In this document: in pieces, positions 1-9,736 of the stretch
Position numbering within the stretch: the stretch's first letter is position 1
Layout: each line of letters starts with the position of its first letter
From: Bacteroidales bacterium
GTDB taxonomy: Bacteria; Bacteroidota; Bacteroidia; Bacteroidales; UBA12077
Assembly: GCA_021108325.1 (NCBI GenBank)
Contig: JAIORB010000110.1
Coordinates: forward strand, 6,415-70,414
Direction of reading: 5' to 3'
Length of the DNA stretch: 64,000 nt
Notes under the pieces: model-generated
Told to the model about the DNA's origin: nothing
The model's database searches: none
Seen by the model: the letters and a program-made list of their open reading frames with translations, nothing else
Position numbers and translations under genes: made by a program

Positions 1-1049
1 ATACTTGCAATATCTTCTATAAGAATGGCAGGGTATGCTGCATTATCTGCATAAAAAATATTATTTAAAATTTCAATTTCACTTGAGGTAGAATACACCC
101 AAATTGGATAATATGAATTATTGTAAACAGTATTATTATAGATGTTGGCGTATTTTGAATTTCTAACTATAATACCACCTCTAACAAAATTATTATAAAC
201 CTGTAAAGGATAATTATCAGAAGTAAAACCTGCTTCATATACACTTATATAGCCTTTTACAATATTGTTACGTACTATAACAGGAGTATTTCCATAAAAA
301 TAATACAAATTAAGTATCCCGGTTATTGCATTTTTTTCTACTAAACTATTTTTTAAACTAAAAAAGTATAAACCTTTATTTGAATCATCATTAATGATAG
401 TATTATAACAAAAAATTAAAGAATCGGTGTTTTCATAACGCATAGCTTCTCCACAATTATCAAATTTATTATCATTAAAAATCACCAATTTATCTATTGA
501 TCCCATATCTCCTCTAACAATAGTTTTATCGGTATGTGTTGCTACTGTTCCTGTTTTACCAATAAAATGATTTCCAATAAAGTGTACCTGTTCAATGTTG
601 TTATTAATTGTTATTACAGTTCCAAAATCACTTGCGCCTTCGGAGGCAATAGTTAAATTTTGAAAAGTAATGAAATCAACACCATCGAAGTTAATTGTGT
701 AATTATCACCTGATCCTGCAGGTTCATAATATATTTTAACATCGGCTGTATCTCCCGAAGCAGATTGAAAAATAATGGTATCTGTTTTTGATGCTCCGGT
801 AATTTCAGGAATTGAAATTTGTTCGTTATAATCTCCGGTTGAAACATTAAAAACCACATTACCATTAATGCCATTAGTAGTTAATGCTGTTACTGCTTCG
901 GTGAAAGAAGTGTAGTCTTCAGTGCCAATAGTTCCAATAGTGTAGGTTCCGTTTAATTGTCCGAATAAATTTCCCGATAATAAAAAAGCACTGCATAAGA
1001 AAAATAGATTTATTTTTCTTAATCTCAAAAATTTGTAAATTTTTTTCAT
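1..1049 (-). CDS. Secreted right-handed parallel beta-helix repeat protein, N-terminal part (3' end runs off the window)
   Basis: Hand translation of the minus strand from ATG 1049..1047 stayed open over every stretch I checked codon by codon (1049..601 and 59..3). It reads MKKIYKFLRLRKINLFFLCSAFLLSGNLFGQLNGTYTIGT..., followed by repeated turn motifs (NNIEQVHFIGNHF, IFNDNKF, VRNNIV, VYNNFV, IYNNTVYNN) typical of pectate-lyase-like beta-helices. It is absent from the ORF track because it is truncated; the 653..874 track ORF is an out-of-frame shadow. Confidence 0.7.
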   Translation of the reverse strand, partial: MKKIYKFLRLRKINLFFLCSAFLLSGNLFGQLNGTYTIGTIGTEDYTSFTEAVTALTTNGINGNVVFNVSTGDYNEQISIPEITGASKTDTIIFQSASGDTADVKIYYEPAGSGDNYTINFDGVDFITFQNLTIASEGASDFGTVITINNNIEQVHFIGNHFIGKTGTVATHTDKTIVRGDMGSIDKLVIFNDNKFDNCGEAMRYENTDSLIFCYNTIINDDSNKGLYFFSLKNSLVEKNAITGILNLYYFYGNTPVIVRNNIVKGYISVYEAGFTSDNYPLQVYNNFVRGGIIVRNSKYANIYNNTVYNNSYYPIWVYSTSSEIEILNNIFYADNAAYPAILIEDIAS

Positions 1050-1202
1050 AAGGATAGATTTTTAGTTAGTAACTGTTTTAGCATTTTACAATATCAAATA
1101 ATGCATAATACAAGTTTAAAGTATCTAAGTATGAGATGTAAGCGGAAAGTTCCTGTTTTAAACAGGCATTTTACCTGTTTTTGAAGAAAGCTTTGCGGAA
1201 GG

Positions 1203-1287
1203 CTTTGTGCAACTTTGCGTAATACCTGCCTGTCGGCAGACGACTTTAACGCCGAGTTACGCAGAGATTCCGCTGAGTTGCACAAAG
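1203..1287. repeat. GC-rich nested palindromic (REP-like) element
   Basis: Perfect 12-bp arms CTTTGTGCAACT (1203..1214) / AGTTGCACAAAG (1276..1287) enclose 7-bp arms TGCGTAA (1216..1222) / TTACGCA (1257..1263). Inside is a CTGCC-N4-GGCAG hairpin (1226..1239). The element sits in the spacer between the RR stop and the beta-helix gene start. Confidence 0.6.
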
Positions 1288-1319
1288 TATTTGCACGCGT
1301 TTGCCCTGGAATCAAATCT

Positions 1320-1967
1320 TTAAATTTTGATTACCTCGTTTTTGATTGCAAATTTTAAAAGTTCAACTATATTTTTCGATCCTGTTTTTACAATTAGATT
1401 ATTTTTATGCCCGTCGACAGTACGTTTACTAATAAAAAGTTTGTCGGCTATTTCCTGGTTAGTTAAACCCTCCGATACGAGTTGCAATACTTCCATTTCG
1501 CGGTTTGTAATTTGCAAGTCATCATCTTCCTTTTTATTATTATTGAAATATTTTTGAGTAAAAAGTACAAGCAACTCTTCCGAATAGTAATTTCCTCCAC
1601 TACAAACTACTTCAATAGCATGTGTAAGTATTTTTCGGGTTACGTTCTTTAATAAAAACCCACTTGCTCCTGCCCTGATCATTTCCTGTAAATATTCCTC
1701 ATCTCCAAACATCGATAAAGCAATAATTTTAATATCGGGGTTAATCTCAAGTGCTTTTTGTGTTGCCTCGACACCATCCATTACAGGCATCTTAATATCC
1801 ATTAATACAATATCTGTATCGGTATTTTTTAAAGCTGTAATAAATTCACTCCCGTTAGAAACCTCTCCCACAATCTGAAAATTATCAACTTTATTTAAAA
1901 TTGTTCTTAAACCATTTCTGAATATTACATGGTCATCAACTATAAAAATTTTCAATTTATCAGACAT
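1320..1967 (-). CDS. NarL/FixJ-family response regulator (receiver + LuxR-type HTH)
   Basis: Receiver motifs (KIFIVDDH, LMDIKMP) plus a GerE/LuxR HTH (TNREMEVLQLVSEGLTNQEIADKLFISKRTVDGHK). A 5-nt gap separates it from the upstream kinase gene. Confidence 0.9.
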   Translation of the reverse strand: MSDKLKIFIVDDHVIFRNGLRTILNKVDNFQIVGEVSNGSEFITALKNTDTDIVLMDIKMPVMDGVEATQKALEINPDIKIIALSMFGDEEYLQEMIRAGASGFLLKNVTRKILTHAIEVVCSGGNYYSEELLVLFTQKYFNNNKKEDDDLQITNREMEVLQLVSEGLTNQEIADKLFISKRTVDGHKNNLIVKTGSKNIVELLKFAIKNEVIKI

Positions 1968-1972
1968 TTCTG

Positions 1973-4015
1973 TTAGTTTAATTCATATAAATTTTTTATT
2001 CCAATCTTTATTCCGGCTTTGAAACCTTTATTTTCCGATGATTCAAATCTGACCTTTCCTTTAAGAGAACTAACCCTTGAAATAACATTTCTTAAACCAA
2101 TTCCATTTCCTTCTCTCAAAACTTTTTCAAGGTTAAATCCAATACCATTATCAGAATATTCAACATTTAGTATTTTACTCACATTTTTGAATTTTATTTT
2201 GACCTGATCCGCACCACTGTGTTTAATTGTGTTATTAATAAGTTCAGTAATTATCCGGTAAATCATAACTTGCTGCCACAATCCATATCCTTCTGTATCA
2301 ACATATTTAAAAATAATTTCAGGCTTACTATTTATGCAAACCCTGTTTGCAAAAACCTGTAAAGATTTATTTAATCCATCTTTTTCAATATTTTGCGGCA
2401 TTAAATTATGTGATAAATTCCGTGCTGAACAAATTGCTTCGTCAATAATCTTATCAGATTCATCAAGTAATTCCTTATCAGATGAATTATTATTTACTAC
2501 TTCAATTTCGTTGATATACAACTTAACTGTTGAGAGTAAAGGTCCAATACCATCATGAAGTTCCTCAGCTATTCTTTTTCGTTCTTTATCTTCGGTTTCC
2601 ATTGTATTTTTCAGAAGAATTTTTTCTTCTTTCTTCTTTTGTCTTGAGCGATATAATGCGAATATAAAAACAAATGAAATTAGTGAACCTAATAAACTAA
2701 CACTCCAAATTATTCTATTTTCCTTATTTTTTAGTTCCTGAATATTTTTTTCTTGTTGCAATTTGGAAATCTCCTGCTCCTTTTTTGCTGTTTCATATTT
2801 TGTTTGCATTTCTGCAATCTGACGACTGCTTTCCTGATTATAAATAGTGTCTTTGTATTGAGTATGGGTTTTGAAATTAACCAGTGATCTTTTATTATTT
2901 CCCTGTACAGAATCAATTTTTGATAATAGTAAAAATGATTTTTGAAGAATATCAAGAATATTTAAAGACCTACTTAGCTTAATACTTTCTTCCAGATTAT
3001 GTTGTGCTTTATTCCATTCTCCTGTTAAAAAATACAAATTTGCCAGATTATATTTAACATAAGCTAAACCTTCATTATCGCCAATAGATTCCTGAATTTG
3101 GATAGTTTTGTGATACATATCCAAAGCCTTTTGCCATTGTTTCATGAAGGTATACAACTCTCCAAGATGATTATAAACATATGCAATAGCATCCTGGTCT
3201 TGCATCTCCATGTATAATTCAAGACTTTTATTAAGATGTGATTCCGACTCGGAAAAATTACCCAGAGTTTTATTTATTATTCCAATATTTGATAAGGAAT
3301 TGGCAATCCCGTATATATCATCAGATTCCCTTTGTAATATCAAGGCTTTATTATAATATTCCAAAGCTTTTGTATTCTGATTTAACTCAGCATAAACTTG
3401 TCCTATATTAGTATAAGCCCCTGCTATTTTTATTTTATCATTAATGGACTCAAATTGTTCAAGAGCCTTCAGATAATATTCCAGAGCCTTATCAAGATCA
3501 TTCTGAACATAATATATTATTCCTATATTAAGCAATACGCCACCAACTTCTCTTATATCTCCTAATTTTTCCTGAATGGTTAATGCTTCATTGTAACAAT
3601 CAATGGCCTTTGAATATTCACCCATTCGTTTATATAAAACACCCTTATTATTTATGGTTATAGCAGCTCCACCCATATCTTCACTTTGTTTAAACTTTTC
3701 TATTGCTGCACTATAATAATGAAGTACACTATCATAATTTGCTTTATAAAAATGTGTTACTCCAATGTACGATAATGCTTTTGCTTCTCCATTGATGTAA
3801 TCAATTTGCTGAGCTAAATCAAGGGCTTTTTTACTATATTTATATATTGAATCTGTTGAATAACGCCAGTTTACTTTTGCTATCGCAAGATATAAATCTG
3901 CTTTTTGTTCATCATTTGATGATTTTAGTTTTTGAAAAAGACTATCGGCAACAGGTTGTGCTATTAAAATGATAGAAGTACAACAAATACAAAACAAAGT
4001 AAGAATGAATTTCAT
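1973..4015 (-). CDS. TPR-repeat sensor histidine kinase (HisKA_3/NarX-DesK type)
   Basis: Signal peptide, a long array of TPR-like repeats, a coiled coil and a TM helix (IIWSVSLLGSLISFVFIFALY). It also has an H-box (AEELHDGIGPLLS) and HATPase_c motifs (SDNGIGF, GIGLRNV). Confidence 0.85.
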   Translation of the reverse strand: MKFILTLFCICCTSIILIAQPVADSLFQKLKSSNDEQKADLYLAIAKVNWRYSTDSIYKYSKKALDLAQQIDYINGEAKALSYIGVTHFYKANYDSVLHYYSAAIEKFKQSEDMGGAAITINNKGVLYKRMGEYSKAIDCYNEALTIQEKLGDIREVGGVLLNIGIIYYVQNDLDKALEYYLKALEQFESINDKIKIAGAYTNIGQVYAELNQNTKALEYYNKALILQRESDDIYGIANSLSNIGIINKTLGNFSESESHLNKSLELYMEMQDQDAIAYVYNHLGELYTFMKQWQKALDMYHKTIQIQESIGDNEGLAYVKYNLANLYFLTGEWNKAQHNLEESIKLSRSLNILDILQKSFLLLSKIDSVQGNNKRSLVNFKTHTQYKDTIYNQESSRQIAEMQTKYETAKKEQEISKLQQEKNIQELKNKENRIIWSVSLLGSLISFVFIFALYRSRQKKKEEKILLKNTMETEDKERKRIAEELHDGIGPLLSTVKLYINEIEVVNNNSSDKELLDESDKIIDEAICSARNLSHNLMPQNIEKDGLNKSLQVFANRVCINSKPEIIFKYVDTEGYGLWQQVMIYRIITELINNTIKHSGADQVKIKFKNVSKILNVEYSDNGIGFNLEKVLREGNGIGLRNVISRVSSLKGKVRFESSENKGFKAGIKIGIKNLYELN

Positions 4016-4248
4016 TTTTTCTTTCTAAAGTACAAAAACCAAACATAAAATCCAACTCACTCAATATTTGCTCAAGTGTGTTTTCTTTTGAGCCACAAGT
4101 AAGCCTCGATTTTATTTTAACAGATAAGCAGACAATAAACCCGGGTTTTATGAAACGTTAATTTACGGTGAGAGAAATAGTGAGAGAATGAAAGATTATC
4201 ATAAATAATCACAAACTTTTAAATACGCAACTCTCTTTTTACCTTCTT

Positions 4249-5607
4249 CTAATTAACCCAAAAAGGAATGTAATAAGGTTCATTTTCATTTTCCAGACTA
4301 TCACTTACCGGGTTTTCTTCAATTTTTAACAGATGATTACCAACTTTTAAATTATCAATTGAGATTATCGTAAAGAATCCGGGTTCATCTGCATTTGGAT
4401 GTTTATAAAAGTAAAAATTATAATTATGGTATATGGAATCGTCAACTGATATTAAATAGAATTTCTTGAAAGCGTCTAATATTATCTTACTTTTTTCCTC
4501 GTCAGTCAGCTCAATGTTAAGGCTATCTTTATTACTTGTATATCTAAAATTTGTCCTTAAACCTATCTTTTTAAAAGGTTTTACATCAGGGAATTTATTC
4601 TGAAACAATTCATTATCATGTATATCATAAGGTATAAATAACTCTAAGAATCCTTCGCTAACAACATTGGATTGAATTGTTGGATTTGTAATTCTTTTAG
4701 ATTCTTCTATTCTATTCTCATATGAACTGTGCAACATCACGAATTCTGTAGTTTCGTCTGTAAAATAACCAAACTCGGAATAATTAGTAAATAATAAAAA
4801 CATTAATATACCAATGTAACACGCCAATATAATTCCGGTAATTTTTTTTGAGATGTTACTTATTAAAGTGTAATAAATTGATTCATATAAAAACGATAAT
4901 GTAACTACTCTTATACATTTTGATAGAAATAAGTATATCTTACTAAACCAGTTTTTTCTAATTCTTTTAAGAAAACCCAGACCTAGAAAATCTGATGCTG
5001 CTAATATACCGGCAATTATATAAGGTAAAATTATTGTAGAAAAAATAAAAATTGCATATGGTGAGTCCAACCAATCAGGCAGAATTTTTTCAACAGATAC
5101 TAAAAGAATAGCAATTCCTAAAATCAGTACCAGAAAATAGAGGCTTAACGAAAAGAAGATAAAAATGAGTAGAAATGTAAATGCAAAAATCGAACTGGCA
5201 ATATTATCAATTGTAACAGCAAATTTGTCTAAATCTTTAACTTTGGAATTTAAAAATTTATTGAATCTGGAACTAAAGTTCAAATTGTTTAATATAATTC
5301 CATTTGGATAAACTGAATTAAGGCCAACTATTCCAATCCAAAAGCCACGTAAAATAACATGAATAATAAGATTAATCAACAGAATGTATGATGCAACCTT
5401 TGCTATAACTACAAAATATAATAGTACATTTATAAAATCTGCCGAAATTGTAGATTTCCACTTTACCTCTAAACCGCTTAGTTTATCAGGAACATTAATC
5501 ATAACTAACAATGCAAAACCCACAATTAGTAATTCCATTTCCCAGCTTCGGGTATGAAGTCTTTCAATCCAGTTTTTATCTTGATTTGACTTATTAGATT
5601 TCTCCAT
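4249..5607 (-). CDS. Hypothetical polytopic membrane protein with soluble C-terminal domain
   Basis: 452-aa ORF with several hydrophobic helices in the first ~270 aa and a hydrophilic ~180-aa C-terminus. No family recognised. Confidence 0.55.
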   Translation of the reverse strand: MEKSNKSNQDKNWIERLHTRSWEMELLIVGFALLVMINVPDKLSGLEVKWKSTISADFINVLLYFVVIAKVASYILLINLIIHVILRGFWIGIVGLNSVYPNGIILNNLNFSSRFNKFLNSKVKDLDKFAVTIDNIASSIFAFTFLLIFIFFSLSLYFLVLILGIAILLVSVEKILPDWLDSPYAIFIFSTIILPYIIAGILAASDFLGLGFLKRIRKNWFSKIYLFLSKCIRVVTLSFLYESIYYTLISNISKKITGIILACYIGILMFLLFTNYSEFGYFTDETTEFVMLHSSYENRIEESKRITNPTIQSNVVSEGFLELFIPYDIHDNELFQNKFPDVKPFKKIGLRTNFRYTSNKDSLNIELTDEEKSKIILDAFKKFYLISVDDSIYHNYNFYFYKHPNADEPGFFTIISIDNLKVGNHLLKIEENPVSDSLENENEPYYIPFWVN

Positions 5608-5798
5608 GAAAATGAATTTTTATTGATTGTTAATATTCATATTTTTTTGCTTCTTTACCTTTTGCAATACATTTCACATCAGGTTCATGCAGACTACAGA
5701 TTTTATTTTTATTAGAGCCATTATTAAAGCTTCATTTTATTGAAAAATCAGGAACACTTGATGGCTGATTAAGCTGTCTTTCTCTAAGATTTTAATTC

Positions 5799-6560
5799 CT
5801 AACGATTCAACTCATCAATTCTATCAACTAAAACAAATCTGGAAAAATCGGAGGTTTTATACAAAGAAAAACTTTCCGATTTTCTTTTTTCAGTCTTATC
5901 AACAAAATAAAATTCTCCGTCAATAATTTTAGCATCAAAGAATTTGCCCCTGAACTCATATTTTGGAAATAAACTGTTCCCAATCAATTCATAAATATTT
6001 TGTTTTGTCATAACCAAAATTTTCCCTTTATAGTCTAAAAATTGATTTGGGTATTCTTCAGTCGGTATTTGATTTCCTTTATAATTTATGTTTTTACTTT
6101 CCGAATTGTAATAAATTAATTCTTCGTTACCAACAAATGAATAAACGAAAGAGCCCTTTAGTGTATCAATATGATAATTACTCAAATTTATATGTATGAT
6201 GTTTTCAGAATTATAAAAAACCAGATTATTACCTTTCTCTGAGATTTTCAGATTTATTATTCGATCTGATAAAATGCTTGCTAAAAGTTTTCCTTCGGAA
6301 TTATAATGTTTTATGTAATCTTTTTCTTTATCTACAATCTCTAAACTGGTAATAAAACCATTTGGGATATCGTAATAGGTGTTTCCTTCAAATACGAAAG
6401 AGTCTTTAATAACCTTGAAAATACCATTAGTTTTTTCGATCTCATGATCGGGCATCTGTGGTATTTCATCAATTTTTATTTTACCAATCTTATTTAGTTT
6501 TTGAGAAATACCTGATAAGGATATTAATATTAAAAGCAAGATGAATATTAAACTTTTCAT
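5799..6560 (-). CDS. Hypothetical secreted protein
   Basis: 253-aa ORF with an N-terminal signal peptide (MKSLIFILLLILISLSGISQ) and Y/N/K-rich beta-like repeats. No family recognised. Confidence 0.55.
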   Translation of the reverse strand: MKSLIFILLLILISLSGISQKLNKIGKIKIDEIPQMPDHEIEKTNGIFKVIKDSFVFEGNTYYDIPNGFITSLEIVDKEKDYIKHYNSEGKLLASILSDRIINLKISEKGNNLVFYNSENIIHINLSNYHIDTLKGSFVYSFVGNEELIYYNSESKNINYKGNQIPTEEYPNQFLDYKGKILVMTKQNIYELIGNSLFPKYEFRGKFFDAKIIDGEFYFVDKTEKRKSESFSLYKTSDFSRFVLVDRIDELNR

Positions 6561-6618
6561 AGTTGAAAATTATGGAATTTCGAACAATTATAACAAAATA
6601 TGTTTAATCTGCAATAAA

Positions 6619-7371
6619 TTACTTTTTTTTAAAACTTAAAAATTTAAAGCGTACCAAACCAATGTTTTGAAAGAAAAACTGAAATGACGTTTTTAAAACA
6701 CCATAACCATATTGAATACTATTTCGAAGGTTTATTGAAGATGAATCATCTGCATACTTTGTAGGACAAGTTATCTCTGCTATTTCAAATCCTGCATAAT
6801 GAATCTGCGCCAAAACCTGGTTATCAAAAACAAAGTCGTTAGAGTTTTCAGAATAATTTATACTTTCTAATACCTCCCTGCTATAAGCCCTAAATCCAGT
6901 ATGATACTCCGACAGTTTTGCTCCCATCAAAACATTCTGAATAAATGTTAAAATCCTGTTAAATACATACTTATAAACAGGCATTCCTCCTTTAATTGCT
7001 CCTTTTCCTAAAATTCTTGAGCCCAGAACAACCGGATAAATATCATTTGCAATAAGTGAAACCATTGATGGTATTAGCTTTGGCGTATACTGATAATCAG
7101 GATGAAGCATTACGATTATATCAGCGCCCAATTTTAAAGCTTCGTTATAACATGTTTTTTGATTGGCGCCATAACCCTGATTTTCATTGTGAATAATAAT
7201 ATGCTTTAGCCCTAAATCCTTTGCCTTTTCTACTGTTTTATCATCACTCTTATCATCTACCAGGATTACCTCATCAACAATATCTAAAGGGATTTCCTTA
7301 TAGGTTTGCTCCAGTGTTTTTTCTGCATTAAATGCAGGCAACACAACAACTATTTTTTTTTCACCTATCAT
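6619..7371 (-). CDS. Family 2 glycosyltransferase (Dpm1/GtrB-like polyprenyl-phosphate sugar synthase type)
   Basis: GT-A signature VVLPAFNAEKTLE...VILVDDKSDDKT...MLHPDYQY. Its ATG overlaps the stop of the upstream gene (ATGA at 7368..7371). Confidence 0.85.
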   Translation of the reverse strand: MIGEKKIVVVLPAFNAEKTLEQTYKEIPLDIVDEVILVDDKSDDKTVEKAKDLGLKHIIIHNENQGYGANQKTCYNEALKLGADIIVMLHPDYQYTPKLIPSMVSLIANDIYPVVLGSRILGKGAIKGGMPVYKYVFNRILTFIQNVLMGAKLSEYHTGFRAYSREVLESINYSENSNDFVFDNQVLAQIHYAGFEIAEITCPTKYADDSSSINLRNSIQYGYGVLKTSFQFFFQNIGLVRFKFLSFKKK

Positions 7372-9692
7372 TTATTAAATAATTCCGGATTTAACTTTTG
7401 AGCTTTCGTAAAACATTGCCTGGCTTTATCCTGTTTTCCCATATTCTTATAAAGATAACCAAGATTTATTAAGGCAGATGCATTTCCCGAATCAAAATCC
7501 ATATTAAAAGTTGATTCCATTACCATAAATGCTTCCTGATAATTTCTAAGGTTTGCGTAAGTCATTGCCAGATTAATTTTCAAAACCGGATCTTCAGGAT
7601 CTAATTCAACTGCTTTAGATAATACGCCGGCTGACTTTTCAAATTCCCTAGATATTCCATAAGCCACACCCAAATCTTTAAGAACTGCAATATTATTGGG
7701 ATTTATTTTAGCTGCTTTTTCCAGGTATTGGGTTGAAAGATTCAGCTTGTTTTTATAACGGCCATAAATTCGTCCTAAATAATAGTTAACATGAAAATGA
7801 TTCGGATTAAACTTTTCAAGTTGATGTAATACATTAATGTTTTTATCTACCTTTTCAGGTTTATCAAACACTTTATTAATTTTTGTTTCGAACATATTTG
7901 AATAAACCTGCTCATATCGTGGGTTTCTTTTTAATATCAAATCGTAGTATTTATATGTACTATCCAGATTATGATACCGTTCCCACTGAGCATTCCCTAA
8001 AAGTAATAATGCATCATTATATTCCGGGTGAATCTTTATCGCTCTTTTTAAATAGATTATCGCTTTATCTAAATATTCTAGTCTCAATTCACTATTCCCG
8101 GGTTTTATGGCTTCTTCAATTAATTTACCTCCCGCTGATGTATTGCTTTTTGCACTATTTTCTGATATTTTAACATCATTTGTAAATAGAGTAAAATCGT
8201 TTTCCCAGACTTGATTTCGACTAATTGTTTTAATTGAATAAAGAGCCAAAATCACTACAATAATAATCGATATATAACTTGATTTTTTTATCCAAACGGG
8301 TAATTTACCTGAAACTAAATAAGCCATAATAATAATAAATCCGATAGATGCAGCATAAACAAATCGTTCGTTCATAAATACACCTATAGGGAATAAAATA
8401 TTTGACATTGGCGAAAGGGCAATCAAATAAAAAAGTATCCCAAATGAAACTGTTCTTTTTTTCTTCAAGCTAATTAAAGCATAAACACCTATTCCCAGAT
8501 AAATTAATAAAGAAACAATTGGCCAAACATTACTCCAGTTCATTATTGGAATATGATACGGATAATAATCGTAGGTTAAAGGATGTGGAAAAATCAATAA
8601 CTTAATGTACAGTAATAATGTATGAAAAATGGTTGCATATTTCTCTGAAATTGTCATTCCAAGAAAAGAATTATTCATCAATTCCTGGCTTGGGGCAAAA
8701 GACATTCCACCAACAACCTTTCCTCTAACATAAAAATATAATAAGGATGCTATGAATAATGGAATAATAGATATAATGATATGTTTTGCTTTCTTATCTT
8801 TTTGGATGAAGAAATAAATACATAAAGGAATTATTGCAAGAAATGTTATTGCAACTTCTTTTGAGAACAATGCAAATAAGAAAGTCACAAAACTTAATAA
8901 AATAAAATACAACTTTTGTTTGTCGATATATTTTATAGCAAACAGTGTGGCCAATAAAGCTCCCAATAAAGATAATATTTCGTCGCGACCTTTAATATTA
9001 GCAACCACCTCGGCATGAATCGGATGAGCAAGAAATAATAAGCTGGCAACAAAAGGTAACGACAAATACCATTTATCAGGTTTATAGTTTGAAAATAATC
9101 TTTCGAGTAAAATAAATAGAATTAAGGCTGTTAATTCATAAAGTAAAACATTAAGGAAATGACTTATAAAAAGCAAAAGGCTTCTTTTTGATTGCATCCT
9201 TTCAAGGTTTGAAAGAATCAAATGTTTTTCATTATCAGTTAAAGTCTTTTCATTATTCAATATGCTTTCCTGTTGCTGAATTCGTAATTTTCTATTCTCT
9301 GTATGAATTGTTCGTGATAAATCTTTTAATAATTTTTGGGATGGTAAAATATATTTGGGATTTGCATTTTTGTTCATCCTTTTCTCTAAAGTTAATTTAT
9401 TAACTCCGTCGAAAGGTGTTCCCATAACCAGTTGCCATTCAATTGCAAATGTTACCATTGATAATGGACGATATCTGCCACCGGCAACAAGTTTTTTATC
9501 TTTCCGGTCAAAAAAACCGCTAAAAAATTCTTCGGAAAATAAATCGTCAATACCTTCAAATCCACTCAAAGTATATTCATTTTCGGTAATTACAAGTGCA
9601 TCATCTAAGGTGTAATCATGGAAGAGGGTATTTCCGTAAAGAATAAATGTAAAGACTATAATGATAAGATATTTAATTCTATTTTGGTTCAT
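7368..9692 (-). CDS. GT-C-fold membrane glycosyltransferase with C-terminal TPR array (PMT_2/TMTC-like, DUF1736-type)
   Basis: 774 aa. N-terminal LYGNTLFHDYTLDDALVI and GGRYRPLSMVTF motifs as in TMTC/PMT-like enzymes, about 10 or more TM helices, and ~250 aa of C-terminal TPR repeats. Confidence 0.65.
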   Translation of the reverse strand: MNQNRIKYLIIIVFTFILYGNTLFHDYTLDDALVITENEYTLSGFEGIDDLFSEEFFSGFFDRKDKKLVAGGRYRPLSMVTFAIEWQLVMGTPFDGVNKLTLEKRMNKNANPKYILPSQKLLKDLSRTIHTENRKLRIQQQESILNNEKTLTDNEKHLILSNLERMQSKRSLLLFISHFLNVLLYELTALILFILLERLFSNYKPDKWYLSLPFVASLLFLAHPIHAEVVANIKGRDEILSLLGALLATLFAIKYIDKQKLYFILLSFVTFLFALFSKEVAITFLAIIPLCIYFFIQKDKKAKHIIISIIPLFIASLLYFYVRGKVVGGMSFAPSQELMNNSFLGMTISEKYATIFHTLLLYIKLLIFPHPLTYDYYPYHIPIMNWSNVWPIVSLLIYLGIGVYALISLKKKRTVSFGILFYLIALSPMSNILFPIGVFMNERFVYAASIGFIIIMAYLVSGKLPVWIKKSSYISIIIVVILALYSIKTISRNQVWENDFTLFTNDVKISENSAKSNTSAGGKLIEEAIKPGNSELRLEYLDKAIIYLKRAIKIHPEYNDALLLLGNAQWERYHNLDSTYKYYDLILKRNPRYEQVYSNMFETKINKVFDKPEKVDKNINVLHQLEKFNPNHFHVNYYLGRIYGRYKNKLNLSTQYLEKAAKINPNNIAVLKDLGVAYGISREFEKSAGVLSKAVELDPEDPVLKINLAMTYANLRNYQEAFMVMESTFNMDFDSGNASALINLGYLYKNMGKQDKARQCFTKAQKLNPELFNK

Positions 9693-9736
9693 GCATTTTA
9701 TAGTTTAGCAGTCAGAATTCAGAGTATTTTATTAAA

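Noticed and set aside
1094-1315. 73-aa track ORF on the minus strand (also 11124..11309 and 11176..11388).
   Set aside because: These are translations of GC-rich palindromic REP-like elements. They have no start context, are open in both orientations because of the symmetry, and show no protein-like features.
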